Source of the DNA: an uncultured Pseudomonadota bacterium
GTDB taxonomy: Bacteria > Pseudomonadota > Alphaproteobacteria > Rhizobiales > Beijerinckiaceae
Direction: 5' to 3'
Length of the DNA: 64,000 nt
NCBI GenBank assembly: GCA_963730695.1
Contig: CAVSSV010000033.1
Location: 1,311-65,310 of the forward strand
How positions within the stretch are numbered: the stretch's first letter is position 1; the number at the start of each line of letters is the position of its first letter. The notes below the pieces were generated by a model, which saw only the letters and a program-made list of their open reading frames with translations, was not told where the DNA came from and did no database searches. The position numbers and the translations under genes were made by a program. Of the stretch, positions 20,923 through 31,753 are shown in pieces.

Positions 20923-21636
20923 TTACGCGATCGCCGCTTTCTGCAGCGCAAACAGTTCGTTCGTGCCCTTCTTCGCTAGCGCCAGCATTTCGGCCAATTG
21001 CGCCTCGGAGAACGGGGCGTTTTCCGCGGTCGCCTGCACTTCGATCAGGCCGCCGTCGCTCTTCATGACAAAATTAGCGTCGGTCTCGGCGGAAGAATCT
21101 TCGTCATAGTCGAGGTCGAGCACCGTCGCGCCGCCGACGATGCCGCACGAAATCGCGGCCACGTGTCCACGCAGCGGGCTCTCCTTCAGAATTGAACGCG
21201 ACTTCATCCATTCCAGGCAATCGCGCAGCGCAATCCAGCCCCCGGTGATTGAAGCCGTGCGCGTGCCGCCGTCCGCCTGCAGCACGTCGCAATCGATCGA
21301 AATCTGCCGCTCGCCGAGCTTGGGCAGATCGACGATCGCGCGCAGGGTACGGCCGATCAGGCGCTGGATCTCTTGCGCCCGGCCATTGACCTTCCCCGCC
21401 GAGGAATCGCGACGCGTGCGCGTGTGGGTGGCGCGCGGCAACATGGCGTATTCCGCCGTCACCCAGCCGCGCCCCTGCCCGCGCAGCCACGGCGGCGGCT
21501 TGTCTTCGAGCGAGGCCGTGCACAGCACTTTCGTCTCGCCAAAGCTGACAAGGCAGGAGCCCTCGGCATAGCGCGCGACGCCGCGTTCGAAAGTCACTTT
21601 CCGCAGTTCGTCGTTGGCGCGTTTTGAGGGACGCAT
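20923..21636 (-). CDS. rph: Ribonuclease PH
   Basis: [39 protein letters not shown]. Confidence 0.97.
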   Translation of the reverse strand: MRPSKRANDELRKVTFERGVARYAEGSCLVSFGETKVLCTASLEDKPPPWLRGQGRGWVTAEYAMLPRATHTRTRRDSSAGKVNGRAQEIQRLIGRTLRAIVDLPKLGERQISIDCDVLQADGGTRTASITGGWIALRDCLEWMKSRSILKESPLRGHVAAISCGIVGGATVLDLDYDEDSSAETDANFVMKSDGGLIEVQATAENAPFSEAQLAEMLALAKKGTNELFALQKAAIA

Positions 21637-21726
21637 GAGGCTCGCTTCAAGGGTTCCGGGGAGGCGGCGCGTGTAGAACGTTGCGACGGCAAGAGCAACC
21701 CTGGCGGCCCGTCGGCTCACAATGGA

Positions 21727-21784
21727 TTGACGGGTGCTCTTCGCCTGTGTATTTAACCAATACGTTAATTACCTATTCGGTAAA
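21727..21784 (+). promoter_or_regulatory. sigma70 promoter and tandem palindromic operators of the ArsR-family operon
   Basis: TTGACG-N17-TATTTA; TTAAC-N6-GTTAA (21753-21768) followed by TTACC-N5-GGTAA. Confidence 0.65.
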
Positions 21785-21790
21785 TCGTCG

Positions 21791-22153
21791 ATGAGCGCAG
21801 ACCCCCTCAGCCTGACATTCGCCGCCCTCGCCCATCCGGCGCGGCGGGCGATCTTGGCGCGGCTGGCGCTCGGGGAGACCTCGGTGCAGGAGCTCGCAAA
21901 GCCGCTGCACATGAGCGCCCCAGCCGTCACTAAGCATCTCAAGAGCCTTGAGCGCGGCGGCCTCATCAGCCGCAGCCGGACGGCGCAGTGGCGCCCGTGC
22001 AAACTTGAATCCGCTCCGATCGACGAGGCCACGCATTGGATCGATGAACTGCGCGCCGCCACCGAGCAGAGCCTCGATCGCCTGGAAGCCTATCTTGCGA
22101 TGCTTCAACCCGAAGCGCCGCAGACCCCAAACGCCAAAGGAGAAAAACAATGA
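21791..22153 (+). CDS. ArsR/SmtB-family transcriptional regulator
   Basis: FAALAHPARRAIL, S.PAVTKHLK.LE..GLI, AQWRPC. Confidence 0.9.
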   Translation: MSADPLSLTFAALAHPARRAILARLALGETSVQELAKPLHMSAPAVTKHLKSLERGGLISRSRTAQWRPCKLESAPIDEATHWIDELRAATEQSLDRLEAYLAMLQPEAPQTPNAKGEKQ

Positions 22154-22653
22154 AGCAAGCCGCGCCCTTCACGATTTCCCGCGACGTCAAGGCCCCGCTG
22201 GCGCTCCTGTTCGCCGTCAGCTCGGAGCCAAAACACCTCGCGAACTGGTTCGGCCCCAAGGGCTTCAAGACGACCCACGCCGACTTGGATTTTCGCCCCG
22301 GCGGTTCCTACCACTACTGCCTCGAAGCGCCCGACGGCTCTGAAATGTGGGGTTTGCAGCGCTATCTCGAAATCGTGCCGAACGCGAAGATCGTGCACCT
22401 TCAATCCTTCTCCGACAAAGACCGCAATCTCACCCGACATCCCATGGCGCCGACCTGGCCGCTGGAGATGCTGGCGACGACCACATTTGCCGACATCGGC
22501 GGGGGGCGGTCGCGGCTGACGATCAGCTGGGCTCCGCACAATGCCGACGCGGTCGCCAACGAGGCGTTCGACGCTGGCCGCGCCAGCATGACCGGCGGCT
22601 TCACCGGCACGTTCGAGCAACTCGAAGAGTATCTGGCTCAGCTGCAGGCTTGA
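22150..22653 (+). CDS. SRPBCC/AHSA1 domain protein
   Basis: WFGPKGF, LDFRPGG, GF.GTFEQLE.YL. Confidence 0.88.
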   Translation: MKQAAPFTISRDVKAPLALLFAVSSEPKHLANWFGPKGFKTTHADLDFRPGGSYHYCLEAPDGSEMWGLQRYLEIVPNAKIVHLQSFSDKDRNLTRHPMAPTWPLEMLATTTFADIGGGRSRLTISWAPHNADAVANEAFDAGRASMTGGFTGTFEQLEEYLAQLQA

Positions 22654-22689
22654 ACCGCTCTTCGCCAACACGAAAGGAAGGAAACGCCC

Positions 22690-23103
22690 ATGGCCAAGAT
22701 GATTTTCGTCAACCTGCCCGTCGCCAACCTCGCGAAATCGGAAGCGTTCTATGCGGCGATTGGCGCAACGAAGAACCCGCAGTTCTCCGACGCAAATTCG
22801 GCGTGCATGGTGATCTCAGAAACCATCTTCGCGATGCTGCTCACGCATGAGAAGTGGAAGGTCTTCACGCAGAAGCCGATCGTCGACTCCCGCCGCGAGA
22901 GCGAAGTGATGCTTGCGCTCTCCGCGGAAAATCGGGCGCAGGTGGATGCGATGACGCAGGCGGCGGCAGCCACTGGCGGCCGGGCTGACGTCAATCCGAA
23001 GCAAGATCACGGCTTCATGTACGGGCGCAGTTTTGACGACCCGGACGGCCATATCTGGGAAGTCGTCTACGTCGACATGTTGCAAATGCCCGCGTCGCAC
23101 TGA
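22690..23103 (+). CDS. VOC/glyoxalase family protein
   Basis: MIFVNLPV, NPQFSD, FMYGRSF.DPDGHIWE. Confidence 0.9.
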   Translation: MAKMIFVNLPVANLAKSEAFYAAIGATKNPQFSDANSACMVISETIFAMLLTHEKWKVFTQKPIVDSRRESEVMLALSAENRAQVDAMTQAAAATGGRADVNPKQDHGFMYGRSFDDPDGHIWEVVYVDMLQMPASH

Positions 23104-23113
23104 GGAGCCCGCC

Positions 23114-23536
23114 ATGCCTTCGCCCGCGGGCCTCGGCCGCGCCTGCGTCATCGTCGGCCGGCTTATCTTCGCCGCGATGTTCACGCTGGGCTGCGTGTTC
23201 AAGTTCGTCGACCTCTCGGGGACCGCCGGCTACATCGCGGCGGCCGGCTTCCCCCTCGCCTTCCCCCTCGCCGTCATCGCGGCGATCTACGAACTGGCGC
23301 TGGTGCTCGCTTTCCTCACCGGCGCGTTCTTCACCGAGGCGGCTTTGACGGCGGCGGTCTATGTCGTCTTCCTCGGCTTCGCCTTTCATGGCCCGAGCCA
23401 TTGGACCGATCAAAGCGAGTTCGGCGCCTTCATCAGCCACTTCCCTTTCGCGGCCGGCCTGCTGTTCGCGGCGGCGCATGGGCCGGGGGACGTGCTCGTG
23501 TTCGTGCGGAAGAGTTTTTTGGGCGCGCTGACGTAG
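23114..23536 (+). CDS. DoxX family membrane protein
   Basis: GRLIFA.MF, four TM helices, GLL..AAHGPG. Confidence 0.8.
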   Translation: MPSPAGLGRACVIVGRLIFAAMFTLGCVFKFVDLSGTAGYIAAAGFPLAFPLAVIAAIYELALVLAFLTGAFFTEAALTAAVYVVFLGFAFHGPSHWTDQSEFGAFISHFPFAAGLLFAAAHGPGDVLVFVRKSFLGALT

Positions 23537-23546
23537 CAACGACGCG

Positions 23547-23575
23547 GCCCCTTCTCCACGAAGTGGAGAAGGGGC
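23547..23575. repeat. REP-like hairpin / bidirectional terminator
   Basis: GCCCCTTCTCCAC-GAA-GTGGAGAAGGGGC between convergent genes; near copy at 28655. Confidence 0.75.
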
Positions 23576-23580
23576 GCGCC

Positions 23581-24364
23581 TCAGTCCGCCGCCGGCATCG
23601 TGTAGTTCAGCGCCAATCGCCCGCCGTCCGGATAGATCGTCTGCCCCGTGATGTACGAAGCGTCGTCGCTGGCGAGGAACGCCGCAACCGAAGCGATTTC
23701 CTCCGGCTCGCCCGCGCGTCCCAGCGGCGTCCGCGAAAGAATGCGCTTGCGCGCGCCGTCGTCTGTCATGACCGCCTTCTTGGCGAGTTCGGTCATGATC
23801 GTGCCCGGGCCGATGGCGACGCAGCGGATGCCGTGCGGCGCAAATTCGATCGCGGCGACCTTGGTGAGCTGATTCAGCGCGCCTTTGGTGGCGCTATAGG
23901 CGGAGAGCCCGGCGATGCCGACCAGCGCGTTGACCGAGGACATGTTGATGATGACGCCGGGAATCTTCGCCGCGATCATCGCGCGCGCCGCCAATTGCGT
24001 GCCGATGAAGGCCGAGCGCAGGTTGGTCGCGATCACCTTGTCGAACAGCTCGTCGCTCATTTCCACCAGGGTCGCGTGCGGCGCGATGCCGGCGTCGTTG
24101 AGTAGAATATTCACCGGCCCGAAGGCGGCGCGCGTCTTTTCGAACATCGAATTCGAGGTCGGCGCGCTTGGTGACGTCGACGGCGCAAAACGCCGCCTCC
24201 TTGCCTTGCGCGCGGAGCAGCTTCGCCGCAGCCTCGCCGCCGTCGCGGTCGATGTCGGCGATCATCACTTTCGCCCCTTCCGCGGCGAACCGTTGCGCGC
24301 AAGCGAGGCCGATGCCGTTGGCGGCGCCGGTGACGATGGCGACGCGGTCCAAAAGCTTCGACAT
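23581..24364 (-). CDS. SDR family oxidoreductase (frameshift near 24150)
   Basis: TGAANGIG, NDAG, YSATK, GPG, YITGQ. Confidence 0.9.
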
Positions 24365-25333
24365 TACGAATTCCTTGTGTTGGGCACGGTGGGCGGCGTC
24401 GGCGCGACGGCGGCGCCTTCGGCGAGGCTGGCTTGCACGATTTGCGCGATGCCGCCGAGCGTGCCCGCGAGCGAAGAAAGCTCCAGCGGCACGATCATCG
24501 TCTTCTGGTTGGGCGCCGTCGCCAGCGCGGTCAGAGCGCGGACGTATTTCTCGGCGAGATTGTAGTTGAGCGCCGCGACATTGCCGTCGGCGAGCGCCTT
24601 CGGACAACACGTCTGGCCGCCTGGCCTCGGCCTGCGCCGGCGCTCGCGCGCTTCGGCGTCGCGGAAGGCGGCTTCCCTGCGCCCTTCGGCCTCCAGCACC
24701 ACCGCCTGTTTCTTGCCTTCGGCGCGGGTGATGTCGGCCTGGCGCATGCCCTCGGCCTCCAGGATCACGGCGCGCTTTTCGCGCTCCGCCTTCATCTGCC
24801 GGCCCATCGAGTCGACGAGGTCCTTCGGCGGCTCGATGTCTTTGATCTCGATGCGCGTCACCTTGATGCCCCAGGGCTGCGACGGCGGCGTCGATGACGC
24901 TGAGCAGGCGCGTGTTGATCTCGTCGCGATGCGACAGCAACTGGTCGAGGTCCATCGAGCCCATCACCGTGCGGATATTGGTCATCACCAGATTGAGCAG
25001 CGCCTGTTCGAGATTGGAGATCTCGTAGGAGGCGCTGCGCACGTCGAGCACCTGATAGAACGCGACGCCGTCGACCGTGACGGTGGCATTGTCCTTGGTG
25101 ATGATCTCCTGCGAGGGCACGTCGATCACCTGCTCCATGACGTTCAGCTTGCGGCCGACGCGGTCGACATAGGGCATGATCAGGCCGAGGCCCGGCGTCA
25201 GCGTCTTGTGATAGCGGCCAAAGCGCTCGACCGTGTAGTTGAAGCCCTGCGGCATCTGCCGCACGCCCATCAGGATGGTCACGACGACGAAGATCGCGAT
25301 CGCGATCGCCAGAATTTCAGCGCTCTGGAACAC
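24364..25333 (-). CDS. SPFH/band-7 (QmcA-like) protein, frameshifted
   Basis: [36 protein letters not shown]; GTG start with GGGAGG SD. Confidence 0.9.
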
Positions 25334-25500
25334 GCATGGCCTCCCCACTTTCGCGCGGCGAAACGTGCGCGGGGCCATTTGTAAGCGAACTTGGTCAGGA
25401 AAAGGAAATGCGCCGCCATGCCTGGCCTCATCCTGACGGAATTTGCGTTGAAGGCTCCGCCGGCTTTAACGCCGAACCCAAGGCTGGGCCCGAATCGCGC

Positions 25501-26082
25501 ATGTTCAAACGTCTCTACGATTGGCTGATGGCGCTCGCCCAGGGGCCCCACGCCGAATGGGCGCTGGCCCTTGTCGCCTTCGCCGAGAGCTCGTTTTTCC
25601 CGCTTCCCCCCGATTTGCTGCTGGCGCCGATGGCGCTGGCTAAGCCACGCGCGGCCTGGCGCTATGCCGCGATCGCGGCGCTCGCCTCGGTAGCCGGCGG
25701 CGCGCTCGGCTACTGGATCGGCGCCGCGCTCTATAACAGCGTCGGCGTCTGGCTGATCGACCTCTACGGCTATCAGGACCGCGTCGCGACGCTGAAGCAG
25801 ACCTATGCGCAATACGGCGCTTGGGTGATCCTGCTCAAAGGTCTGACGCCGATCCCTTACAAGCTCGTGACCATCGTCTCTGGGCTGCTCGGGTACAGCT
25901 TTTGGACGTTCATCGGCCTTTCCCTGCTCACCCGCGGGGCCCGCTTCTTCATCGTCGCCGGTCTGCTGCATCGTTTCGGCGATCCGCTGCGCGGGGCGCT
26001 TGAGCGTCATTTCGCCGCCTTTTTGGCCATAAGCCTGGGCATTATCGTTGTCGGCTTCTATCTCGCGGTGAAAATTCTATGA
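25501..26082 (+). CDS. YqaA/DedA family membrane protein
   Basis: AFAESSFFPLPPD, TPIPYK, RGARF. Confidence 0.9.
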   Translation: MFKRLYDWLMALAQGPHAEWALALVAFAESSFFPLPPDLLLAPMALAKPRAAWRYAAIAALASVAGGALGYWIGAALYNSVGVWLIDLYGYQDRVATLKQTYAQYGAWVILLKGLTPIPYKLVTIVSGLLGYSFWTFIGLSLLTRGARFFIVAGLLHRFGDPLRGALERHFAAFLAISLGIIVVGFYLAVKIL

Positions 26083-26591
26083 GCGTCGAGCAAACCTGGC
26101 GCACGCCCGCAAGCAACGCTGCGCTGGCGATCGCGCTTCTCGGGGCTCTGACGATTGGCGGCGCCTGGATCTTCCAGGCCTTTGGCATTCAACCCTGCGA
26201 CCTCTGCCTGGAGCAGCGGACAGCCTATTACGTCGGCATTCCCCTTGCGGCGGTCGCCGCGCTTGTCGCGGCGCGCCTGCCGCGCGCCGTCGCGATCCTG
26301 TTCCTTGCGGCGCTCGCGCTGATCTTCCTCGCCAATATGGGCCTGGCGATCTACCATTCCGGCGTCGAGTGGAAATTCTGGCAAGGCCCGACCGCCTGCA
26401 CCGGCGCCGCCGACGCCATGCCGCTGAAAGCGGGCGACCTGCTCAATCAGTTGAAGACGATCAAGGTGGTGCGCTGCGACGAAGTGCAGATCCGCATTTT
26501 CGGGTTGTCGCTGGCGAACTACAACGTGCTGATCTCAGCGGCGCTCGCGGGCATCGGCGCCTGGGGCGTGAAGCAGGCGGCGACGCGGTAG
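26079..26591 (+). CDS. dsbB: Disulfide bond formation protein B family
   Basis: PCDLCLEQR, YH.GVE..FW.GP..C, VRCD. Confidence 0.88.
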   Translation: MSVEQTWRTPASNAALAIALLGALTIGGAWIFQAFGIQPCDLCLEQRTAYYVGIPLAAVAALVAARLPRAVAILFLAALALIFLANMGLAIYHSGVEWKFWQGPTACTGAADAMPLKAGDLLNQLKTIKVVRCDEVQIRIFGLSLANYNVLISAALAGIGAWGVKQAATR

Positions 26592-26675
26592 CGCTCAAAC
26601 GCCGGCCGGCTTGGGGAATATTCGCTTTCAGCGCATAGTCTCCTCACGCGCGTGACGCAGCGTTGGGGGGACCGC

Positions 26676-27797
26676 ATGGCGAAAGTAACGGGACTTTCCG
26701 GCAACGAAATCTTTTGCCTTGCGCTGAAGGGCTATTCCGCCGGCGAGCTCGTCGTCGGCAACAGCGTCAATTCCATGGGCTTTCTTGGCTCGCTCGGCGC
26801 CGGCATGAGCAATCTGCTCGGCGGCGAGGTGCCGCAAGTCACGCAGGCGATCCACGAGGGACGGCAAGCGTCGTTCGCCCGCATGGTGAAGGAGGCGGCC
26901 GACAACGGCGCCTCCGGCGTCGCCGGCGTGACGGGCGAGTTGCGCTCGTTCCACGGCTCGACCGAGTTTCTTTTTGTCGGCTCGTGCATTCACGCTTCGA
27001 GCGCAGGCGGGCCGTTCTTCACCAGCGCCGGCGACGCGCAGGAACTCTATTGCCACATGGACGCCGGCTATGCGCCGCTGCAGCATGTCTTCGGCAACGT
27101 CGCCTATTCCATGGGCATCGGCGGCGGTTTTCTCGGCGGCCTCAAGACCATGGGCCGTGGCGAGATCCGCGAGTACAGCGACGTTTTCAACGCGACGCGG
27201 CACATGGCGCTGGGGCGCATGGTGAACGCGGCGCGCGAAGACAAGGCCAACGCGGTCGTCGGCATCCGCACCACGATCTGCCCGTGGGCCGGCACGCATG
27301 AAATGATGATGTCGGGCACGGCGGCCGTCCACCCCGCCTTGCCGCAAAAATACTTCGCCAACCCCGTGACCTCAGACCTGACCGGCGAGGAGCTTTGGGC
27401 GCTTTCCAGCCTGGGTTACGCGCCGGTGAAGCTGCTGATTTCGACGTCGATCTATTCGCTCGGCATGGCGCAGGGCTTTCTCGCCGCGTTCAAGTCGTTC
27501 AAGCGCGGCGAGATCACCGAGCTGACCACGCTCATCCACGACGCGCGCGAAATCGCCATCGGCCGGTTGAAGGACGAAGCCGACGCGCTCGGCGCGGAAG
27601 ACGTGGTCGGCGTAAAGACCTTCATCTCGGAAATCGGCTCGGGGCTCGTCGAGTTCCTGGCCATCGGCACGGCGGTGACGAAGATGGACGGCATGAAGGT
27701 CGCAACGCCGGCGCTGCCGGTGCAGGCGATCATTCGCGACAAGGACACCTGGATCTACGGCGACTTCGGGTTCTCGCTGGACATGTCCGGCAAGTAG
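26676..27797 (+). CDS. Protein with three tandem YbjQ-like heavy-metal-binding domains
   Basis: Three repeats of G....(S/M)G...GE......R..A..RM..EA....A..VVG...GTA. Confidence 0.8.
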   Translation: MAKVTGLSGNEIFCLALKGYSAGELVVGNSVNSMGFLGSLGAGMSNLLGGEVPQVTQAIHEGRQASFARMVKEAADNGASGVAGVTGELRSFHGSTEFLFVGSCIHASSAGGPFFTSAGDAQELYCHMDAGYAPLQHVFGNVAYSMGIGGGFLGGLKTMGRGEIREYSDVFNATRHMALGRMVNAAREDKANAVVGIRTTICPWAGTHEMMMSGTAAVHPALPQKYFANPVTSDLTGEELWALSSLGYAPVKLLISTSIYSLGMAQGFLAAFKSFKRGEITELTTLIHDAREIAIGRLKDEADALGAEDVVGVKTFISEIGSGLVEFLAIGTAVTKMDGMKVATPALPVQAIIRDKDTWIYGDFGFSLDMSGK

Positions 27798-27880
27798 CGG
27801 GCCTTCCCCCTCTCCCCGCACTTCCTTCCGTCGTCGGCCAATATCGCGTAAAGACGGTCGCAAGTTCAAAGGGTCCCGCC

Positions 27881-28387
27881 ATGGATGCGCCGAGCGTCAA
27901 AAATGCCAACGCCAAGACGATGACGATCATCGTCACCAAAGGCTCGCTCGATTGGGCCTACCCGCCGTTCATCCTCGCCACCACCGCCGCCGCGATGGGC
28001 GTCGACGTCACGATGTTTTTCACCTTCTACGGCCTGCCGCTGCTGCTGAAGAAACTCGATCTGCAGATCACCGCGCTCGGCAACGCCGCGATGAAGATGC
28101 CGGTGATGGGCATGCATATGGCCATGCCGAACGTCATGGGCATGCTGCCCGGCGCCGACGCGGCGGCGACGACGATGATGAAGAACCTGATCAAGAAGAA
28201 GGGCGTCGCCTCGATCGAGGAACTGCGCGAAGCCGCCGTCGAATCCGAGGTCAAGCTGATCGGCTGCCGGATGACCATGGACCTGTTCGAATATTCCGTA
28301 GACGACATGATCGAAGGCGTGAAAATCGGCGGCGCCGCGACCTACATGGAGCAGGCGCTGAAGTCGGACGTGAATCTGTTTATTTGA
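27881..28387 (+). CDS. DsrE/DsrF/DrsH-like (DsrE2-type) protein
   Basis: KGSLDWAYPPFILATTAAAMG, FFTFYGL, IGCRMTMDL. Confidence 0.88.
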   Translation: MDAPSVKNANAKTMTIIVTKGSLDWAYPPFILATTAAAMGVDVTMFFTFYGLPLLLKKLDLQITALGNAAMKMPVMGMHMAMPNVMGMLPGADAAATTMMKNLIKKKGVASIEELREAAVESEVKLIGCRMTMDLFEYSVDDMIEGVKIGGAATYMEQALKSDVNLFI

Positions 28388-28413
28388 CGCCCGATTGAAA
28401 GAGGACGCTTGTC

Positions 28414-28641
28414 ATGGTCGATGCGACGTTGGACGCCAGGGGCCTTAACTGCCCGCTGCCGATCCTCAAAGCCAAGAAGGCGCTGAAGGACGTGCCGCCG
28501 CGCGGCACGCTCGAAGTGTTGGCGACCGACCCCGGCTCCGTCGCCGATTTTGAAGCCTTTTGCCGCGCCACCGGCAACACGCTGACGGCTCATTCGGTCG
28601 AAGCCGGCGTCTACCGCTACCTCATCCAGCGCAACGACTAG
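28414..28641 (+). CDS. tusA: TusA family sulfurtransferase
   Basis: LDARGLNCPLPILKAKK, ATDPGS..DF..FC. Confidence 0.92.
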   Translation: MVDATLDARGLNCPLPILKAKKALKDVPPRGTLEVLATDPGSVADFEAFCRATGNTLTAHSVEAGVYRYLIQRND

Positions 28642-28654
28642 GTCTTCGACGGAC

Positions 28655-28679
28655 CCCTTCTCCACTCCGTGGAGAAGGG
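28655..28679. repeat. REP-like hairpin / bidirectional terminator
   Basis: CCCTTCTCCAC-TCC-GTGGAGAAGGG between convergent genes. Confidence 0.75.
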
Positions 28680-28684
28680 ACTCC

Positions 28685-30326
28685 CTATCGCGCCGCGGCG
28701 CGCTCGACGATGGAGTTCGCCTCTACGCCCTCAGGCAGTGCGCCAAAATGATGCGTCCCGCGCATCGCAATGCGCGAGGCGACGAAGGCGTCGGCCACGG
28801 CTTTCGCGTTTCCTCGCGCCAGAAGGCTGACCTGCAGCGCCACCGCCATGCGGTCGCATAGGCTCCGCGCCTGCGCCTCGAAGCGGCTGAGGTCCTCGAG
28901 CGCCGTGTGCAGCGCTACGGTTTCCTCGTCCAGCGCGCGGTAAGCGCCATGGGCGGCGGCGAGCTCCTTGAAATAGGCGGCTTTCGCCTCGGGCTCGCGC
29001 TGCAACGCCCGCAGGACGTCGAGCGCCTGGATGTTGCCGCTGCCCTCCCAGATCGCGTTGACCGGCGCCTCGCGATAGAGCCGCGGCATCGGCGAATCCT
29101 CCATGAAGCCGCTGCCGCCCCAACACTCCATCGCTTCATAGGCATGCGCCGGCGTGCGCTTGCACACCCAGTATTTGCCGAGCGGCAGCGCCAGCCGCAG
29201 CAGGCTTTGCTCGCCAGCGTCCAGCGCCCGCGCGAGCCGCAGCGCCAGCGCCAGCGCAGCCTCCGATTCAATCGCCAGGTCCGCCAACGTCGCCGCCATG
29301 ATCGGATGATGCGCCAGCGTCACGCCAAACGTCTGCCGCTGCCGGGTCCAGTCGATCGCCTGCATCGTCGCCGCGCGCATGCCGCCGGCGGAGCCGAGGA
29401 TGCAGTCGAACCGCGTCATCCCCACCATGTCGATGATGGCAGCGACACCGCGCCCTTCCTCGCCGACGCGCGCCCCATACGCGCCGCGCCATTCCGTCTC
29501 AGCCGAAGCGTTCGAGCGGTTGCCCATCTTTTGCTTGAGGCGGATCAACTCGACCTGGTTTTTCGCGCCGTCCGGCCGCCAGCGCGGCACGAGAAAGCAG
29601 GTCAGGCCGCCGGGCGCTTGCGCCAGCGCCAGAAAGGCGTCGCTCATCGGCGCCGACATGAAGAACTTGTGCCCCGTGAGGGCATAGGAGCCGTCAGCCT
29701 GCGCCGTGGCGCACGTGGTGTTGGCGCGCACGTCCGAGCCGCCCTGCTTCTCCGTCATCGCCATGCCGATTGTCAGCCCGCGCTTGCCCTCCATCGGCGC
29801 GTTGGCGGAGTCGTAGGCGCGGGCATGCAGTTTCGGCAGCCAGGCCTTGGCGAGCTCCGGCTGATGCCGAAGACTTTGCGTCGCGGCGAAGGTCATCGTG
29901 ATCGGGCAAAGATGCCCGGCCTCGACTTGCGTCTGCATGTAGAATTTTGCCGCCCGCGCGACATGCGCGCCGGGCCCCGGCGCCTTCCAGGGCGAAGCGT
30001 GCAGACCGTGATCGATCGCATGGGCCATCAGTCGGTGATAGGCTTCGCAATAACGCACGAAATCGATGCGCCGGCCGCCGCGGTCATGCGTTTCTAATTC
30101 GGGGCGCAAGGCGGTTGGCGCGGTCGCCGTCCTCGAACCAGGCGGCCCGGCCGATTTCGGCGCCGAAGGCAGCGAGCTCGTTGGCCATGCCATGAGCGCC
30201 TTCGCGTTCCGCCGCCTCGATGAGCGCGGCGTCGGTCGCGTAGAGGTTGACGTCGACGAGCGGCAGCGGCTGATTGAACACCGCGTGGGTTTCGCCCGGG
30301 CCGGGCGGGACGGGGCTTTGGCTCAT
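28685..30326 (-). CDS. aidB: AidB-like acyl-CoA dehydrogenase (frameshifts near 30100)
   Basis: THAVFNQP, EAGHLCPITMT, MTEKQGGSDVRAN, KYWVCKR, IWEGSGN. Confidence 0.9.
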
Positions 30327-30464
30327 GGCGCGGTGGCCCTCGCGAGATGTGGCAAAGCCTAGGCCTGGCCGCCCACGGCGGCAACTCAATCTTCACCGGG
30401 CCATGATGAGTTGCGGCGGCCCGGCGCGGCCTTTATTTCCGCGCGGCCTATTGAGCGCCATTCC

Positions 30465-31320
30465 ATGCCCCAACTGTCCTTCGACCCTCGCCTCACGCCA
30501 GCTCGCGCCGACCTTGCCGCGGAAAGCCTGCGTGGCCGCGTCGACGCGCCGCGCTTCGTTGCGCCCCGCGCCCGGTCCATCGCCGTAAGCGTCGCGTCCT
30601 TGCGCCGCGCGCCGAGCGAATTCGGCGCCGCAGGAGACGCAGGCGCTGTTTGGCGAGGCTGTCGACGTCTACGACGAGCGCGACGGATGGGCGTGGGTGC
30701 AACTGAGCCGCGACGGCTATGTCGGCTATTTGCTGTCCGACTTGCTCGGAGCCGCTCACGCGCCGACCCACCGAGTCGTCAGCCTGCGCGGCCATCTCTA
30801 TCCCGAGGCGAGCATCAAGACGCCGCCGGTGCTGGCGCTCCCGATGGGGTCGTTGTTGACGGTGGAGTCTGTCGACGAACGCTTTGCGAAGCTGGCGGGC
30901 GGCGGCTTTGTCATAGCCGGCCACATTGCGCCTATCGGCCACACCGAGAGCGACTTCGTCGCCATCGCCGAACGTTTCCTCCATACGCCCTATCTATGGG
31001 GCGGCCGCACCTCGGAAGGAATCGACTGCTCTGGGCTGGTGCAAGGCGCGCTTGCGCTAGCAGGCATGGCTGCGCCGCGCGACACCGACATGCAGGAGAA
31101 GGCGCTTGGCGAACCGCTGCCGCTAGGGTCGCGCGATCTCCGCCGCGGCGATCTGGTGTTCTGGAAGGGCCATATCGGCGTCATGACCGACGACGCCCAC
31201 CTGTTGCACGCCAATGGGCACGCGATGATGGTGACACGAGAGCCGCTCGCCGAGGCGGAGCGCCGCACACAGCAAAAAGGCGGCGGCGAGGTGACCTCGA
31301 TCCGCCGCCTAAAACTTTGA
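30465..31320 (+). CDS. NlpC/P60 (C40) peptidase with SH3-like domain (frameshift near 30620)
   Basis: DPRLTPARADLA, PYLWGG...GIDCSGLVQ, FWKGH, HAN. Confidence 0.9.
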
Positions 31321-31332
31321 AAAGGTCGAAGC

Positions 31333-31575
31333 TTACTTCGCGCCTTCCACCTTGCCGACCTTCAAGCCGGCAAAGCGCGTGCTGAAACGCGACAGGCGGC
31401 CGCCGCGGTCGGTCAGATGCGCCGAGCCGCCGGTCCAGGCCGGATGGGTCAACGGATCGATGTCGAGGTTCAGCGTCGCGCCTTCCTCGCCATAGGTCGA
31501 GCGGGTCATGTATTCGGTGCCGTCGGTCATGATCACTTTGATCATGTGGTAGTTGGGATGCGTGTCGGCCTTCAT
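31333..31575 (-). CDS. rpmE: 50S ribosomal protein L31 (Cys-free type)
   Basis: [31 protein letters not shown]. Confidence 0.95.
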   Translation of the reverse strand: MKADTHPNYHMIKVIMTDGTEYMTRSTYGEEGATLNLDIDPLTHPAWTGGSAHLTDRGGRLSRFSTRFAGLKVGKVEGAK

Positions 31576-31753
31576 CGGCGGATATCCTGCACAAACAAAC
31601 GAGGCCTCCAGGCTGCTCGCCCAGGGCCCCTCAAAATTCGAGGCGGGTCTATAATCGAGACGGCCGTGCATGGCAAGCCGCCGTGCGAACCTTTGCCGCC
31701 GCGGCGCTTTGTGGCAGGACGCGCGAGGGCCATTCGCCTATTTAGAGCCCGAA

